Virus record (IMG/VR): IMGVR_UViG_3300047557_001236
Span: 1-60,069 of that record
Reading direction: 5' to 3' (one strand)
Source of the DNA: a virus
Taxonomy: Duplodnaviria > Caudoviricetes
Length of the DNA: 60,069 bases
Numbering within the stretch: the first letter of the stretch is position 1; each line of letters opens with the position of its first letter. A program made the translations under genes and the position numbers. The notes below the pieces were generated by a model. That model was not told the DNA's origin. It saw nothing but the letters and a program-made list of their open reading frames with translations, and ran no database searches. Below, piece after piece: positions 35,223 to 44,614 of the stretch.

Positions 35223-38200
35223 TATGTTGCACTCCCACCGTTAATTATTGAAATAGAGTTCCAATCTGTTATGTTTGCGGAACCGCCGTCAAATATAAAT
35301 TCTGCTTTTGTACTACCGCTAAAGTTGACCCATCTAGTATTGGATCCATCATTGTAATAAATATAATCAACACCAATATCGCTATCCCACCATAAACCTC
35401 CAGCAGCTACGGTTGGCGGTGTGGTAGTTGTGTCAACAGATACTGATGCTGTAACCGAAGCCCAAGTTTGGTCGCCACGCAGATAGGTGGAGCTGTTGGC
35501 AGTTCCAGTAGCAAGTCGGGCTGTCGCTATAGTACCAGATGAAATATTGGATGCATTAATATCTGTTAAGGTTGCGCCATTACCAGAGAAAGCACCACTA
35601 AAAGTAGTGGCTGTTATCGTGTTGGCACTGAAATTACCCCCAGCATCACGAGCCACAATAGTGGAAGCACCATTGGCAGAAGCAGCAGTAGTCCTGGCAT
35701 TGTCTATAGTCCCCGTAGTAATTGCAGAAGCGTTGATAGCGGTAATAGCAGAGCCGTTACCTGAGAAAGAATCAGCGGTTATAGCTCCAGCAGCGAAAGC
35801 ACCACCTGCGTCACGAAGAACAATAGTGCTAGAACCGTTAGAAGAATTAGCAGTGGTGTAGGCATTTCCAATTACTCCTGTGCTGATGTTAGAAGCATTG
35901 ATAGCTGTAATTGTTGCACCGTTACCTACAAAAGAAACTGCATTAACTGTATTAGCTTCAAAGCTACCACTTGAGTCCCTTAGAACAATCGTACTTGCAC
36001 TGTTAGAAGTATTGGCGGTTGTGCGAGCGTTCGCAATAGTTCCGCTTGAAATGTTGCTGGCGTTTATTGCGCTAATACTTGAGCCATCGCCGTTAAACGT
36101 TGCGGAAATAATGTTTGCGCCAAAACTGCCGTTTGCATCACGAAGCACTAAAGTGTTTGCACTGTTTGCCGTGTTGCCTGTGGTACGAGCATTTGCTATT
36201 GTTCCGCTGGTGATGTTGGATGCATTAATGTCGGTTAGAGATATAGCGTTACCAGTAATATTGGTAAAGTTACCATTTGTAGCACTAACGTTTGTAAAGG
36301 TCGCCGTGTTTGCTGTATTGCCACCGATTACGACATTATCTAAAGATCCACCAGTAATAGTTACTGCATTGGCATTCTGAGTTGACATAGTGCCAAGCCC
36401 AGTAATATCAGTGTTAGCAATCTGTTGCCAGCTTGGAGCTGCTGAGTTAGCTCCATCACCTTGTTGCTGTAAATATTTCTTGGTTGTTGTGATATTGCCA
36501 GGCAGTTTTGCAAGGCTATTTGTTGCGTCTGAATACAGTATGTCGCCAAGGACATAAGTACCAAAACCAGTACCACCATTAGTTGCGGCTAGATTTCCAG
36601 ACACTGCTGCACTTTGATTAAGTGCCAAGGCGTTCCACTCTATCTGTGTACCACTAGCATTGACTACCAACGGTTTATAAGCGGTGCCAAGAGGTAGCTT
36701 GCTCCATGTGTCTGTTGCTGAGCCATATAACAAATCACCAACGGCAACTGTATTAGCTCCAGTACCTCCATTGGTTGCACCTACCGTACCTGTTAAAGCA
36801 ATAGTCTGACCAGATACATTAATGGGGGCTGTGCCAGTGTAAGTAACAGAACCGCTAAACTGGGTATAGGTTAGGTTTGTATAACCAATAATAATGTTGC
36901 CAGGCGTAGTTAGTACATGAGAGTCACCAGCATTAATGTTGCCACTTTGAGTAAAGAAATAATCGCCTTCACCCAAGCCATTTGTGTCGGTTGGGCTAAA
37001 GTAATCAGCATCGGCAGCACGAGTTAATACCCATTGTGCAGAACCATTACCAGGGTTAGAAACTTCATAAACACCGTTTTCAGCTGGGTTTGTTTGCAGC
37101 CGAACCATAACTCGGTTGGTGTTAGCTAAAGATACCCCATCAACAACTAAAGCTACGTTAGCACCAGCATTAGTTAGTGTAGCGCCTACACCAGAATTAG
37201 CACGGGTAGCATAGGTTAAAGAAGATCCATTAGTAATGCCTGTATATTGCGCCCCACCAAAGTTGGTGGACAGTGTTAAGGCCGTTGAGTTTGGCGTTGA
37301 AAAAACAAAGTAAGCGGTATTAGCTGATAAGCCGTTACCAGCCGTTGAGGTCAGCCAAATTTGATCGTTTACAGATAATCCATGTGCTACAGACGTTACG
37401 ACTGTGTTTGGTGAAATGGTGTCTGTAATGTTAAATGTCGTACCGCCCTGAGCATAGGTGGCATTAAGGTTGCCAGTGGTCTCTACCAATACTGGCTCGT
37501 GGATATGAAGTCCCGCAGACGTAGAATTATCTACATACTCTTTTGTAACTAATTGGTTTGCTTGGGTAATTAAAGATACGTTTGAGCTGGCATAGGCAGC
37601 GGTTGTGAAATTTGCGTTGTTTGCCGCTACGTTTGCCGTAATAGATACGTTATTAGAAAAAGAAGCGTTTTGGTTTGTGTCTAATGTAACAACAATATTT
37701 GGGGTATTAATTCCACCAGTATGAACAATAACATTACCAGTGTTGCCTGTACCAACAACCAAGTTTGCAGAATTGACGCCATCACCAATTACATATAAAT
37801 AACCATCATTTGCTTTATGCAGCGGAAAATCTATCGAACTATAGCCTGAGCTACCAATACCAAGGTCAATGTAATTCTTAGTGTCATCACCCGTATCGTT
37901 CGTAGCCACATAATCAGTAGATGCGCCAGACCCACCAGACAAGTTTTGCTGGTTCATCTGAATAAAATTATTTATGGTGCCGAATGCCTGATATGTAGTG
38001 TTTGCAAGAGTATTACCTTCAGTGCCATCAATAGACACTGTAATAACACCATTTACTAACTTAAGATCGCCGTTAGTTTCTTGATAAATAGCCTGTTCTG
38101 CTGGCTGGGTAATAAATACTTCTAAATCACTACTGGTACTAAAATTAACTAATGCATTTGCGTTAGATGAAGAATAGACAAAGTCCCTAGACAAAGTGCT

Positions 38201-38404
38201 TGGGGATGTAAATGTGCCATATCCCACCTCCCACTCGCCATCATTTGGAGATGTCGTGTTGTGGATAGTGTAGTAAACAACTGACCCATTAGGTATGCAG
38301 GAATTAAACGTGCGATAGCCAGTATACGCACCAGCTAACGTAATCGATCCTGTGCCACTAGAGTTACTGAGTTCCTTAACTCGGTCTTGCAGTATTAAAG
38401 CCAT
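35222..38404 (-). CDS. Long tail fibre protein
   Basis: MALILQDRVKE...WEVG.G N-terminus; Asn/Thr/Gly-rich with internal repeats. Confidence 0.8.
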   Translation of the reverse strand: MALILQDRVKELSNSSGTGSITLAGAYTGYRTFNSCIPNGSVVYYTIHNTTSPNDGEWEVGYGTFTSPSTLSRDFVYSSSNANALVNFSTSSDLEVFITQPAEQAIYQETNGDLKLVNGVITVSIDGTEGNTLANTTYQAFGTINNFIQMNQQNLSGGSGASTDYVATNDTGDDTKNYIDLGIGSSGYSSIDFPLHKANDGYLYVIGDGVNSANLVVGTGNTGNVIVHTGGINTPNIVVTLDTNQNASFSNNVSITANVAANNANFTTAAYASSNVSLITQANQLVTKEYVDNSTSAGLHIHEPVLVETTGNLNATYAQGGTTFNITDTISPNTVVTSVAHGLSVNDQIWLTSTAGNGLSANTAYFVFSTPNSTALTLSTNFGGAQYTGITNGSSLTYATRANSGVGATLTNAGANVALVVDGVSLANTNRVMVRLQTNPAENGVYEVSNPGNGSAQWVLTRAADADYFSPTDTNGLGEGDYFFTQSGNINAGDSHVLTTPGNIIIGYTNLTYTQFSGSVTYTGTAPINVSGQTIALTGTVGATNGGTGANTVAVGDLLYGSATDTWSKLPLGTAYKPLVVNASGTQIEWNALALNQSAAVSGNLAATNGGTGFGTYVLGDILYSDATNSLAKLPGNITTTKKYLQQQGDGANSAAPSWQQIANTDITGLGTMSTQNANAVTITGGSLDNVVIGGNTANTATFTNVSATNGNFTNITGNAISLTDINASNITSGTIANARTTGNTANSANTLVLRDANGSFGANIISATFNGDGSSISAINASNISSGTIANARTTANTSNSASTIVLRDSSGSFEANTVNAVSFVGNGATITAINASNISTGVIGNAYTTANSSNGSSTIVLRDAGGAFAAGAITADSFSGNGSAITAINASAITTGTIDNARTTAASANGASTIVARDAGGNFSANTITATTFSGAFSGNGATLTDINASNISSGTIATARLATGTANSSTYLRGDQTWASVTASVSVDTTTTPPTVAAGGLWWDSDIGVDYIYYNDGSNTRWVNFSGSTKAEFIFDGGSANITDWNSISIINGGSAT
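35490..36240 (-). repeat. About 52-aa coding repeat, 4 copies plus a partial fifth
   Basis: INAS(N/A)I(S/T).G.I.NA.TT....N...T.V.RD..G.F.A....A..F.G.G recurring. Confidence 0.8.
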
Positions 38405-38417
38405 TCGGCTCCCCTAA

Positions 38418-38849
38418 TTAGGTAGCGGTCAAGCGAATAATTGCGCTGCTTGCGTCTGCCGTTGGGAAGTTAACTGCAAAAGTACCGTTAGTAGAGGTCT
38501 TGTCACCACCAAACGCCAATACACAAACAGCTGCATTTGATAAGCTGTTGTTGTATATCAAGGCACCGTTTGCGGTAATTGTTGCGTTAGCCCAAGAAGT
38601 ATTTGAAAACGAAATAAATGCTACGTTTCCAGAGTTGGTTGGGGTTACGCTAACCGTTAAGGTGTTTCCGCCAGCGCTGTAGTTTCCGGTTGAAGGCACT
38701 TCGTTGCTGGTGGTATATGCGGTTGTATTCTCATTAAGCGTAGCAGAGCTGGTATACAGCGCTAACTTAAACGTATCTGCTGAAAAATTATGCTGCCCTT
38801 CCAAAAGTTGCACCTTGAAAGAGGTAGCCATTGCTTGTGTAATTGCCAT
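38418..38849 (-). CDS. Virion structural protein
   Basis: FKLALYT, Y.AGG..L, ITA.GALIYN, FGGDK pattern; tail context. Confidence 0.7.
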   Translation of the reverse strand: MAITQAMATSFKVQLLEGQHNFSADTFKLALYTSSATLNENTTAYTTSNEVPSTGNYSAGGNTLTVSVTPTNSGNVAFISFSNTSWANATITANGALIYNNSLSNAAVCVLAFGGDKTSTNGTFAVNFPTADASSAIIRLTAT

Positions 38850-38863
38850 TTATTGCTCCTAAA

Positions 38864-39772
38864 TTATCTAACAGGCCCAGGGACAGGTAGCCTGAGTTGT
38901 CCATCACGGTATGCGCTTCTACGATCTTTACCATCACCCAAGTCTTTAAGCAATGCTAAGGATTCTTGATACTTCTGCTCGTAATAGGCAACCATGTCTT
39001 GTTCTCCCTTTTGGAAGATCACGGCTTCACGCAACGAGCCATACAGTAAAACTGTTTCAAAATTATCGCCCAACCAAGATGTGCCGGTTGGGTTATTAAT
39101 GGTGGATACTGGTATTGAAAATCCAGCTCCAGTATTACCAATGTTTGATGTTGCAGCACTTAATACATCGCCAACCACATAGAAAGATCCACCATCTTTA
39201 AGGGTTACAGTTGTTACTGCGCCCGCTGCAACCACAATATCAGCTATTGCATACTGTCCAGAGCCGCCAGTTAGCGGGACGTTTCTATATGAACCGTTTG
39301 TGTATCCAGATCCACCAGAAACAGTTCCAAGACCACCAATCACACCCTGCACAATTGAGACTGGATAGTAATAGTAGTGCAACTCAGTCTGATAATTCCC
39401 GTCAGGTGTTGGGCCTATTAGATAGGTGTATGGACTAAATTGGGAATAGTATTTAGGGGTTCCAGAATCGGTTGTTGGGTTTGGATATGACTGACGAATA
39501 AAGTTAACGTCTTTATCAATCAAATACTCATAGTTGCCAGACCCATCAATAACTGCCAAAGAAAAAGACGCAAGATAATCGTTTGGTAGCGCTAGATATG
39601 GGTCTCCGTTGGTAAAGTTACCGATAACATTTTTACGGATAGCAGGGATCTGAACGGCGTTATATACACGCTCTTCGCATTGTTGAACGAATACAGGAAT
39701 ATTCTGAACAAAAGATTGTTCATCCGATTCCGCATAGTTCTGAATGGCGTTATATAACTGTAAATAATTCAT
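38864..39772 (-). CDS. Head-tail adaptor/tail tube-like protein with inserted beta domain
   Basis: YLALP.D, G.PKYY, GPTPD..Y, LLYG.L.EA. Confidence 0.65.
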   Translation of the reverse strand: MNYLQLYNAIQNYAESDEQSFVQNIPVFVQQCEERVYNAVQIPAIRKNVIGNFTNGDPYLALPNDYLASFSLAVIDGSGNYEYLIDKDVNFIRQSYPNPTTDSGTPKYYSQFSPYTYLIGPTPDGNYQTELHYYYYPVSIVQGVIGGLGTVSGGSGYTNGSYRNVPLTGGSGQYAIADIVVAAGAVTTVTLKDGGSFYVVGDVLSAATSNIGNTGAGFSIPVSTINNPTGTSWLGDNFETVLLYGSLREAVIFQKGEQDMVAYYEQKYQESLALLKDLGDGKDRRSAYRDGQLRLPVPGPVR

Positions 39773-40038
39773 TAGCCCATTTTCCCGCTGATCTTACGTC
39801 CTTTGGTAGCTGCGCCATAACCACGCATTACACCAACACCGTATGGGTTCTCAGGAGCATAGTCGCCTTTACTAACCCCAGCAACCGATGGGTTCATTTT
39901 GTTTATGCGCTCTGCGCCAGTTTCGGTTTTTTGATATGTATCAACGTTAGTCTTTTTTGCATCCATCGTATGTGGGGCAGCATAGACCTCAGCTGGGCCT
40001 ACTTCTTTGCCGCCTTTTTTCATTGAATATTTAGCCAT
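39772..40038 (-). CDS. Small basic protein
   Basis: MKKGG; C-terminal MRGYGAATKG. Confidence 0.7.
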   Translation of the reverse strand: MAKYSMKKGGKEVGPAEVYAAPHTMDAKKTNVDTYQKTETGAERINKMNPSVAGVSKGDYAPENPYGVGVMRGYGAATKGRKISGKMG

Positions 40039-40220
40039 TATCGACCTCTTTGGTTAGCAATACGAGCCATATTACGGCCCATAGACTTCATGTTCTTATT
40101 TAAAGAACTCTTGTTAATTTTTGGTCCTTTATCAATATGTTTAGGACCATCGTTTGGGTATACCTTTGCATCGGTTCTACCTTTTTTAGCTACGCCATCT
40201 GCGTCTTTTTTATATCCCAT
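40038..40220 (-). CDS. Small basic protein
   Basis: SD AGGAG; ADGVAKKGRT. Confidence 0.7.
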   Translation of the reverse strand: MGYKKDADGVAKKGRTDAKVYPNDGPKHIDKGPKINKSSLNKNMKSMGRNMARIANQRGR

Positions 40221-40229
40221 TTTTAACTC

Positions 40230-40655
40230 CTAAGTTGTAGTTACTGTTACATTACCAACTAATACTGCTGGTGCCAAGTCATTTGGGGTTAACCCTGCAT
40301 CATTTGCCCTTGCACCACCTACAGGATTCCAACCCCACTGGATAATCCTACTACCTAACTCTGGACTACCAAACCCATCTGGCCCAACACCCGTAATATT
40401 TATCTGCAGTCCACTTTGTCCAGAAACCTGATAACTAACATCTGGACGAGGTTCCCGTACAGCTTGTGGATCGTTGACCGGATATAAACCCAATTGTAAT
40501 TGTGGATGATCTGGATCCCAACATGTTTTGCAAACTTTGACCCGGTACGGCTTAGTCTTAAGAGTCTGAATCCGTAACTCTTTAAGCTTGTACCGTTGTG
40601 CGCATCTATCGCACTCGGCAATCGCATATTTTCCAGAGGCATACTTATTTGGCAT
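40230..40655 (-). CDS. Zinc-binding hypothetical protein
   Basis: CDRC...CKTCWD.DHPQ. Confidence 0.7.
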   Translation of the reverse strand: MPNKYASGKYAIAECDRCAQRYKLKELRIQTLKTKPYRVKVCKTCWDPDHPQLQLGLYPVNDPQAVREPRPDVSYQVSGQSGLQINITGVGPDGFGSPELGSRIIQWGWNPVGGARANDAGLTPNDLAPAVLVGNVTVTTT

Positions 40656-40661
40656 AGCATA

Positions 40662-41597
40662 TTAACGGTAATAAAACATATTGCGTGGGACAACCCGTAG
40701 CGCTGCTTTTTCCCGGTCTTCTTGCTCGGCTAACGTCCACTGCTGTTCATAGTCGGCTTTGAGCATCATAATTCTATTAGGATCAACCCCAGGCATTTTG
40801 ACACTTAAGTGATAGGCCAATCCTGCAACCATGCAGGGGATAAAACGAAATGGAATGTCTTGAGTACGAATGCCAGACCCAGCATCTTGAATACGGCGCA
40901 TACGATAATACACAAAAGTGTACTGATTACCAGGCGGATTTGGAGTTGGCCAAACATTAATACAAGGCAAATTATTTACAAAAACATTAGCCCCATTTGA
41001 ATGTGTAGTAGCCGTAGTGCCGTTTTGACCCCGCCACGCATTCAAAATTTGATTGCCTACAATATTTTGATATCCAATTGTTTCATTCCCAACATTAATA
41101 AATCCTTGAGTTGGTAGATTTGACGCATTAGTTAGTGTAATGGTTGTCTGATCTGTAGAAGTTATAGCTGCCGCCAAGGTGGTCTGTGGGATGTTTGCTA
41201 CGTTCCCAGACTGACGATTAATGAATACCTGAATAGGGCGTCCAGTGGCGTTTTTATTAGGTATTGTTAAGTAAGTAGATTCACTAATACGATTAATATT
41301 AATATCAATTTGATTTGTGCCTTGCCCATTATTAGTACGGACAACCGTATCTAATAGGTCAATCGTATCTACCGGAATAGGATAAATAGCCTGCCCAGTG
41401 TTCATTACAATCTGGCCCTGCTCAACAGTCCAAAGATTAATACCCCGGTTTGCCCACTCAATCGTTAGAAGATTTAAGCTACGACGAGCGGTACGAAAGT
41501 CATATCCAGAACGAGACTCAAGATTGCAACGTTCAAACGCCTCCTCAATGAGGTCATTCATATCCAAGTTGAAGGTACTTGTTCCTGTAGTGGACAT
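40662..41597 (-). CDS. Head-tail adaptor / tail tubular protein-like
   Basis: LIEEAFER, ARRSLN...EWANRG, GRP, VWPTP, AGLAY. Confidence 0.65.
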   Translation of the reverse strand: MSTTGTSTFNLDMNDLIEEAFERCNLESRSGYDFRTARRSLNLLTIEWANRGINLWTVEQGQIVMNTGQAIYPIPVDTIDLLDTVVRTNNGQGTNQIDININRISESTYLTIPNKNATGRPIQVFINRQSGNVANIPQTTLAAAITSTDQTTITLTNASNLPTQGFINVGNETIGYQNIVGNQILNAWRGQNGTTATTHSNGANVFVNNLPCINVWPTPNPPGNQYTFVYYRMRRIQDAGSGIRTQDIPFRFIPCMVAGLAYHLSVKMPGVDPNRIMMLKADYEQQWTLAEQEDREKAALRVVPRNMFYYR

Positions 41598-41845
41598 TAT
41601 TTAACCTTTCGGTATGACTTTACCTTTTGCTTTATTTTTTGGGGTTGTGACACGAACTGTTTTCCCTGAGCTTTTCCGGCTCGTTTTGCTCGAGTCGTTG
41701 CTGCGTACTCGGCGGGGCTTAGCGCTTGTATCGCTCTTTTTGGTAGATACCGCTCGCCTGTTTCGGACGACTTTTTTCCCGACTTGGTCGTCCACTCTTG
41801 CTTCGTCCAAGCTTTGAGGCTGCGTTGGGATTTTGCCAAAGCCAT
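41597..41845 (-). CDS. Small basic protein
   Basis: Lys/Arg-rich; WTKQEW.TKSGK...ERYLP. Confidence 0.7.
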   Translation of the reverse strand: MALAKSQRSLKAWTKQEWTTKSGKKSSETGERYLPKRAIQALSPAEYAATTRAKRAGKAQGKQFVSQPQKIKQKVKSYRKVK

Positions 41846-41872
41846 TAAATAATCTCCAGAACCAAGTTATCT

Positions 41873-42136
41873 TCACTTTTTCTTTAGCTTCGACAAAGTC
41901 TGAGCTAACCTCGCACGTTGTCCCATTTTACCGGGCTTCTTAGCCGCAGCAGCTAGTTTTTTAGCAGGGATCTTCTCGCCCTTCTTAACACCCATGGCTT
42001 GTTTTAAAGCACCAGGTTTTTTAATAGCAGACTGAATCCAATTAACCTTGCCACCTTTTTTAAAAACGCCTTTACCTTTTAGGATGTCAGCACGAGTAAC
42101 CTTGCCATCACCAGTTAAATCAGGAAAATCAGCCAC
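41873..42136 (-). CDS. Small basic protein with EF-hand-like loop
   Basis: GTG 42136 after SD GGAGG; DLTGDGKVTRAD; FKKGG. Confidence 0.7.
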   Translation of the reverse strand: MADFPDLTGDGKVTRADILKGKGVFKKGGKVNWIQSAIKKPGALKQAMGVKKGEKIPAKKLAAAAKKPGKMGQRARLAQTLSKLKKK

Positions 42137-42416
42137 GATAACCTCCACCTTTTTCTTTGTAACGTTTTGCTAAGAGCTGCGCTTTACGAGCAGACCATTG
42201 ACCCGCCGCAGTACCTTGTACAGCAGATGCTTTAATACTCTCAAATAAAGCCTTGCGCATACCAGGCTTCGTATAGTTACCAGCTTTATTAACGCTAGAA
42301 GTTTTACCACCTTCTTTGTACATATCGACTTCATCAGGATTATCCCTACGACGAATAACCTTACCTTTAGGCATTTTGGATGGGTTTATGGCGCCCATGC
42401 CACGACTGGCTCTCAT
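42129..42416 (-). CDS. Small basic protein
   Basis: YKEGG; GQWSARKAQ...YK.KGGGY. Confidence 0.7.
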   Translation of the reverse strand: MRASRGMGAINPSKMPKGKVIRRRDNPDEVDMYKEGGKTSSVNKAGNYTKPGMRKALFESIKASAVQGTAAGQWSARKAQLLAKRYKEKGGGYRG

Positions 42417-42673
42417 ACGATTTTGCCCCGAGTTTTACCACGCATCGCACAACCATCTGCACGGGATGAAGCTGTGCCGCCTTTTTTCATCGGTCTTACT
42501 CCACGAGTAGCTTCTCTTCGAGCTTCTTTTTCTGCTTCGTCTCCAGCATCACTTGCAGCATACGCAGCTTTTCTAGGATTTAAAGGCCAGTTTGTTTTAT
42601 CTGACTCGTATTCCTTTTTTGCCTTTTCTTCAGCAGCTTTTCGTATTGCTTTTGGGTATTCTGTATCAGCCAT
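42413..42673 (-). CDS. Small basic protein with RADG..RGKT tail
   Basis: MKKGGTASSRADGCAMRGKTRGKIV. Confidence 0.7.
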   Translation of the reverse strand: MADTEYPKAIRKAAEEKAKKEYESDKTNWPLNPRKAAYAASDAGDEAEKEARREATRGVRPMKKGGTASSRADGCAMRGKTRGKIV

Positions 42674-42675
42674 AA

Positions 42676-43134
42676 TCAAGCCCTCGTTTTTCCTCGTATG
42701 CAGCATCCATCAGCTCTTTGGGATGCAGTTCTCACTTTGCCACCAGCTTTATAGTTCTTCGTGATGTCACGGTTTGATTTAGGCATAGCACCGCCACCAC
42801 GAGTCACAGGTTCACCAAACCGTTTATAAGTCCGCTCATCTTTAGCGGTAACACGATGCTCTTCAGCCATTTTGCTTAATTTAGCTCTAGCTTCTTCTGC
42901 CCCACTTAAATCCAAAGTGCCTTGTCCAGCTTTAGCAGCTTTATTACGCTCTCTGGTTGTTTGCTTAGCTTCTTCGGCTTTAGTTTCAGCTTCTCGCAAA
43001 ATAGCACGCTCCTTAGCCTTTTCTTTAGCTTTCTGAACTTCTTCAGCGCTTTCAGTAGGCAATTCAGATAAAGCCCGCATTACCTTTTTAGGCTGCTCGG
43101 GTTCATCAAAATCAAAGGAGCCTTGTGTAGCCAT
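42676..43134 (-). CDS. Small basic protein with RADG..RGKT tail
   Basis: YKAGGKVRTASQRADGCCIRGKTRA. Confidence 0.7.
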   Translation of the reverse strand: MATQGSFDFDEPEQPKKVMRALSELPTESAEEVQKAKEKAKERAILREAETKAEEAKQTTRERNKAAKAGQGTLDLSGAEEARAKLSKMAEEHRVTAKDERTYKRFGEPVTRGGGAMPKSNRDITKNYKAGGKVRTASQRADGCCIRGKTRA

Positions 43135-43635
43135 TTAGCAAGCCTTTTTGCCTTTAGCCATGCCGCCATAAGACATTTTGATTTGTTTAGCTTTGGTTTT
43201 GCCTTTCACAGCAACACCATCAGCAGACTTATGTCCAGCAGACAAACCGCCAGAAGCCATCTTTTTGCCATGCATACGCTTCTCATGACCCTTAACAGCT
43301 TTGGCTGCTACCTTTTTCATCATGGGCTTATCTTTTGCAATATCCGAATGTTTCATTACTCCACCTTCCTTTTTGCCAACATACTTGGTTACGCTCTCGT
43401 TAGGGACATTAAGCTTGTAACCAAACTTACTACCAAAACGAGTCCTTGGTTTATTAATTTGATTCTGACCGCCGTACGTATATCCAGTGCTACCGCCAGT
43501 ACCAAACCGTTTGCCTTTATCGGCAGTTAAAAATTCCTCGCCAACAGAACGAGGCACTCCTACTCTTTTAGCAAATGCAGGGTTTTTAGCCACTGCTGCC
43601 ATAAAATTATGTTGTTTTTTACTTACGCTTGGCAC
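43135..43635 (-). CDS. Small basic protein (likely GTG start at 43635)
   Basis: PSVSKKQHNFMAAVA; four xxxGG motifs; ADGVAVKGKTKAK. Confidence 0.7.
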   Translation of the reverse strand: MPSVSKKQHNFMAAVAKNPAFAKRVGVPRSVGEEFLTADKGKRFGTGGSTGYTYGGQNQINKPRTRFGSKFGYKLNVPNESVTKYVGKKEGGVMKHSDIAKDKPMMKKVAAKAVKGHEKRMHGKKMASGGLSAGHKSADGVAVKGKTKAKQIKMSYGGMAKGKKAC

Positions 43636-43810
43636 GTTTAATCCACTCTTGAACTGTATCCGTTTCATAAATTCGGATACCTGTCCAAACAATCGTAAAT
43701 AAAGCAGCGATAGCGGGCAAAATTTCCACAAGGGCTCCTATTACAGTTATTACAGACAGCCCATCTAGGATGTGCTTTGTCCCTTCACTAAAATGCTCTT
43801 TCATACTCAT
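43619..43810 (-). CDS. Small two-TM membrane protein (holin-like topology)
   Basis: Two hydrophobic segments and basic C-terminus. Confidence 0.6.
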   Translation of the reverse strand: MSMKEHFSEGTKHILDGLSVITVIGALVEILPAIAALFTIVWTGIRIYETDTVQEWIKRAKRK

Positions 43811-44127
43811 ACCATCTTACCTTTGGTTTTTCCTCGCACTTCGCATCCACCACCTCGAACCTTACCACCTTCAGCGCAATTCCAAGCCCGTAAAGACTTA
43901 TTAATGCGAGAGTTTGGATCATTAGCAGTTTTAGCAGAAGTTAGTTTCTTTTTCATACCCTTCATACGGGCGCAGAACGAATCACGGCGGGGGCCGCCTT
44001 CGGGTTGTGGGGCTTTTAGCCCCGGTTTGCCTGGGTTAGCACGGTTGTAAGAAGCCCTGCCCTTAGCGTTCAAACCACCACTTGGGTTTTTACCTTCTTT
44101 GCGTTGCCATGCTGGAGTCTTAGCCAT
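43807..44127 (-). CDS. Small basic protein with RGKT tail
   Basis: GGLNAKGR.SYN...SFCARM...LRAWNC + AEGGKVRGGGCEVRGKTKGKMV. Confidence 0.75.
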   Translation of the reverse strand: MAKTPAWQRKEGKNPSGGLNAKGRASYNRANPGKPGLKAPQPEGGPRRDSFCARMKGMKKKLTSAKTANDPNSRINKSLRAWNCAEGGKVRGGGCEVRGKTKGKMV

Positions 44128-44605
44128 AAAACACCGTTGCAGTTACAGATGGCCCGCAGCCTACAAACATGCCATTTTTTAAATAAATACCTTCGCCTGG
44201 AATTAGAACAGGTAGTCCTACCGTGCTATAAGTATCAAGTTGTAAATTAATTTTGCTATAAGCAGAAACATTACCTGATGTAGAAATCGAATTTGCTGCA
44301 GTTACAGTAAAAGTATCGGGGTCTACAAGGGTAATTGCATACACGCCATCTCTTGAATTACCAGTAGTAAAGTCAAGAAAAACACGCTGCCCGTTAGTAA
44401 AACCATGTGCAGTAATTGTGCAAGTAATCGTGTTGGTTGTTTGGCTATAAGTTCCAGACTTCACTACAGTTGGATCACAAACCGCAATGTTACGCAACGA
44501 TGACGTAGCGCTTGTCACTGTGATGCACTTTAACCGCACAGGTTGCTGAGTTACAACGGTTCCTGTGCTGGATACACGGGTAGATTTAACGTCATATTGC
44601 ATCAT
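44120..44605 (-). CDS. Virion protein, paralog B
   Basis: MQYDV...RLK...HG.TNG...LIPGEGI...VFYG. Confidence 0.75.
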   Translation of the reverse strand: MMQYDVKSTRVSSTGTVVTQQPVRLKCITVTSATSSLRNIAVCDPTVVKSGTYSQTTNTITCTITAHGFTNGQRVFLDFTTGNSRDGVYAITLVDPDTFTVTAANSISTSGNVSAYSKINLQLDTYSTVGLPVLIPGEGIYLKNGMFVGCGPSVTATVFYG

Positions 44606-44614
44606 GGTCTATTC

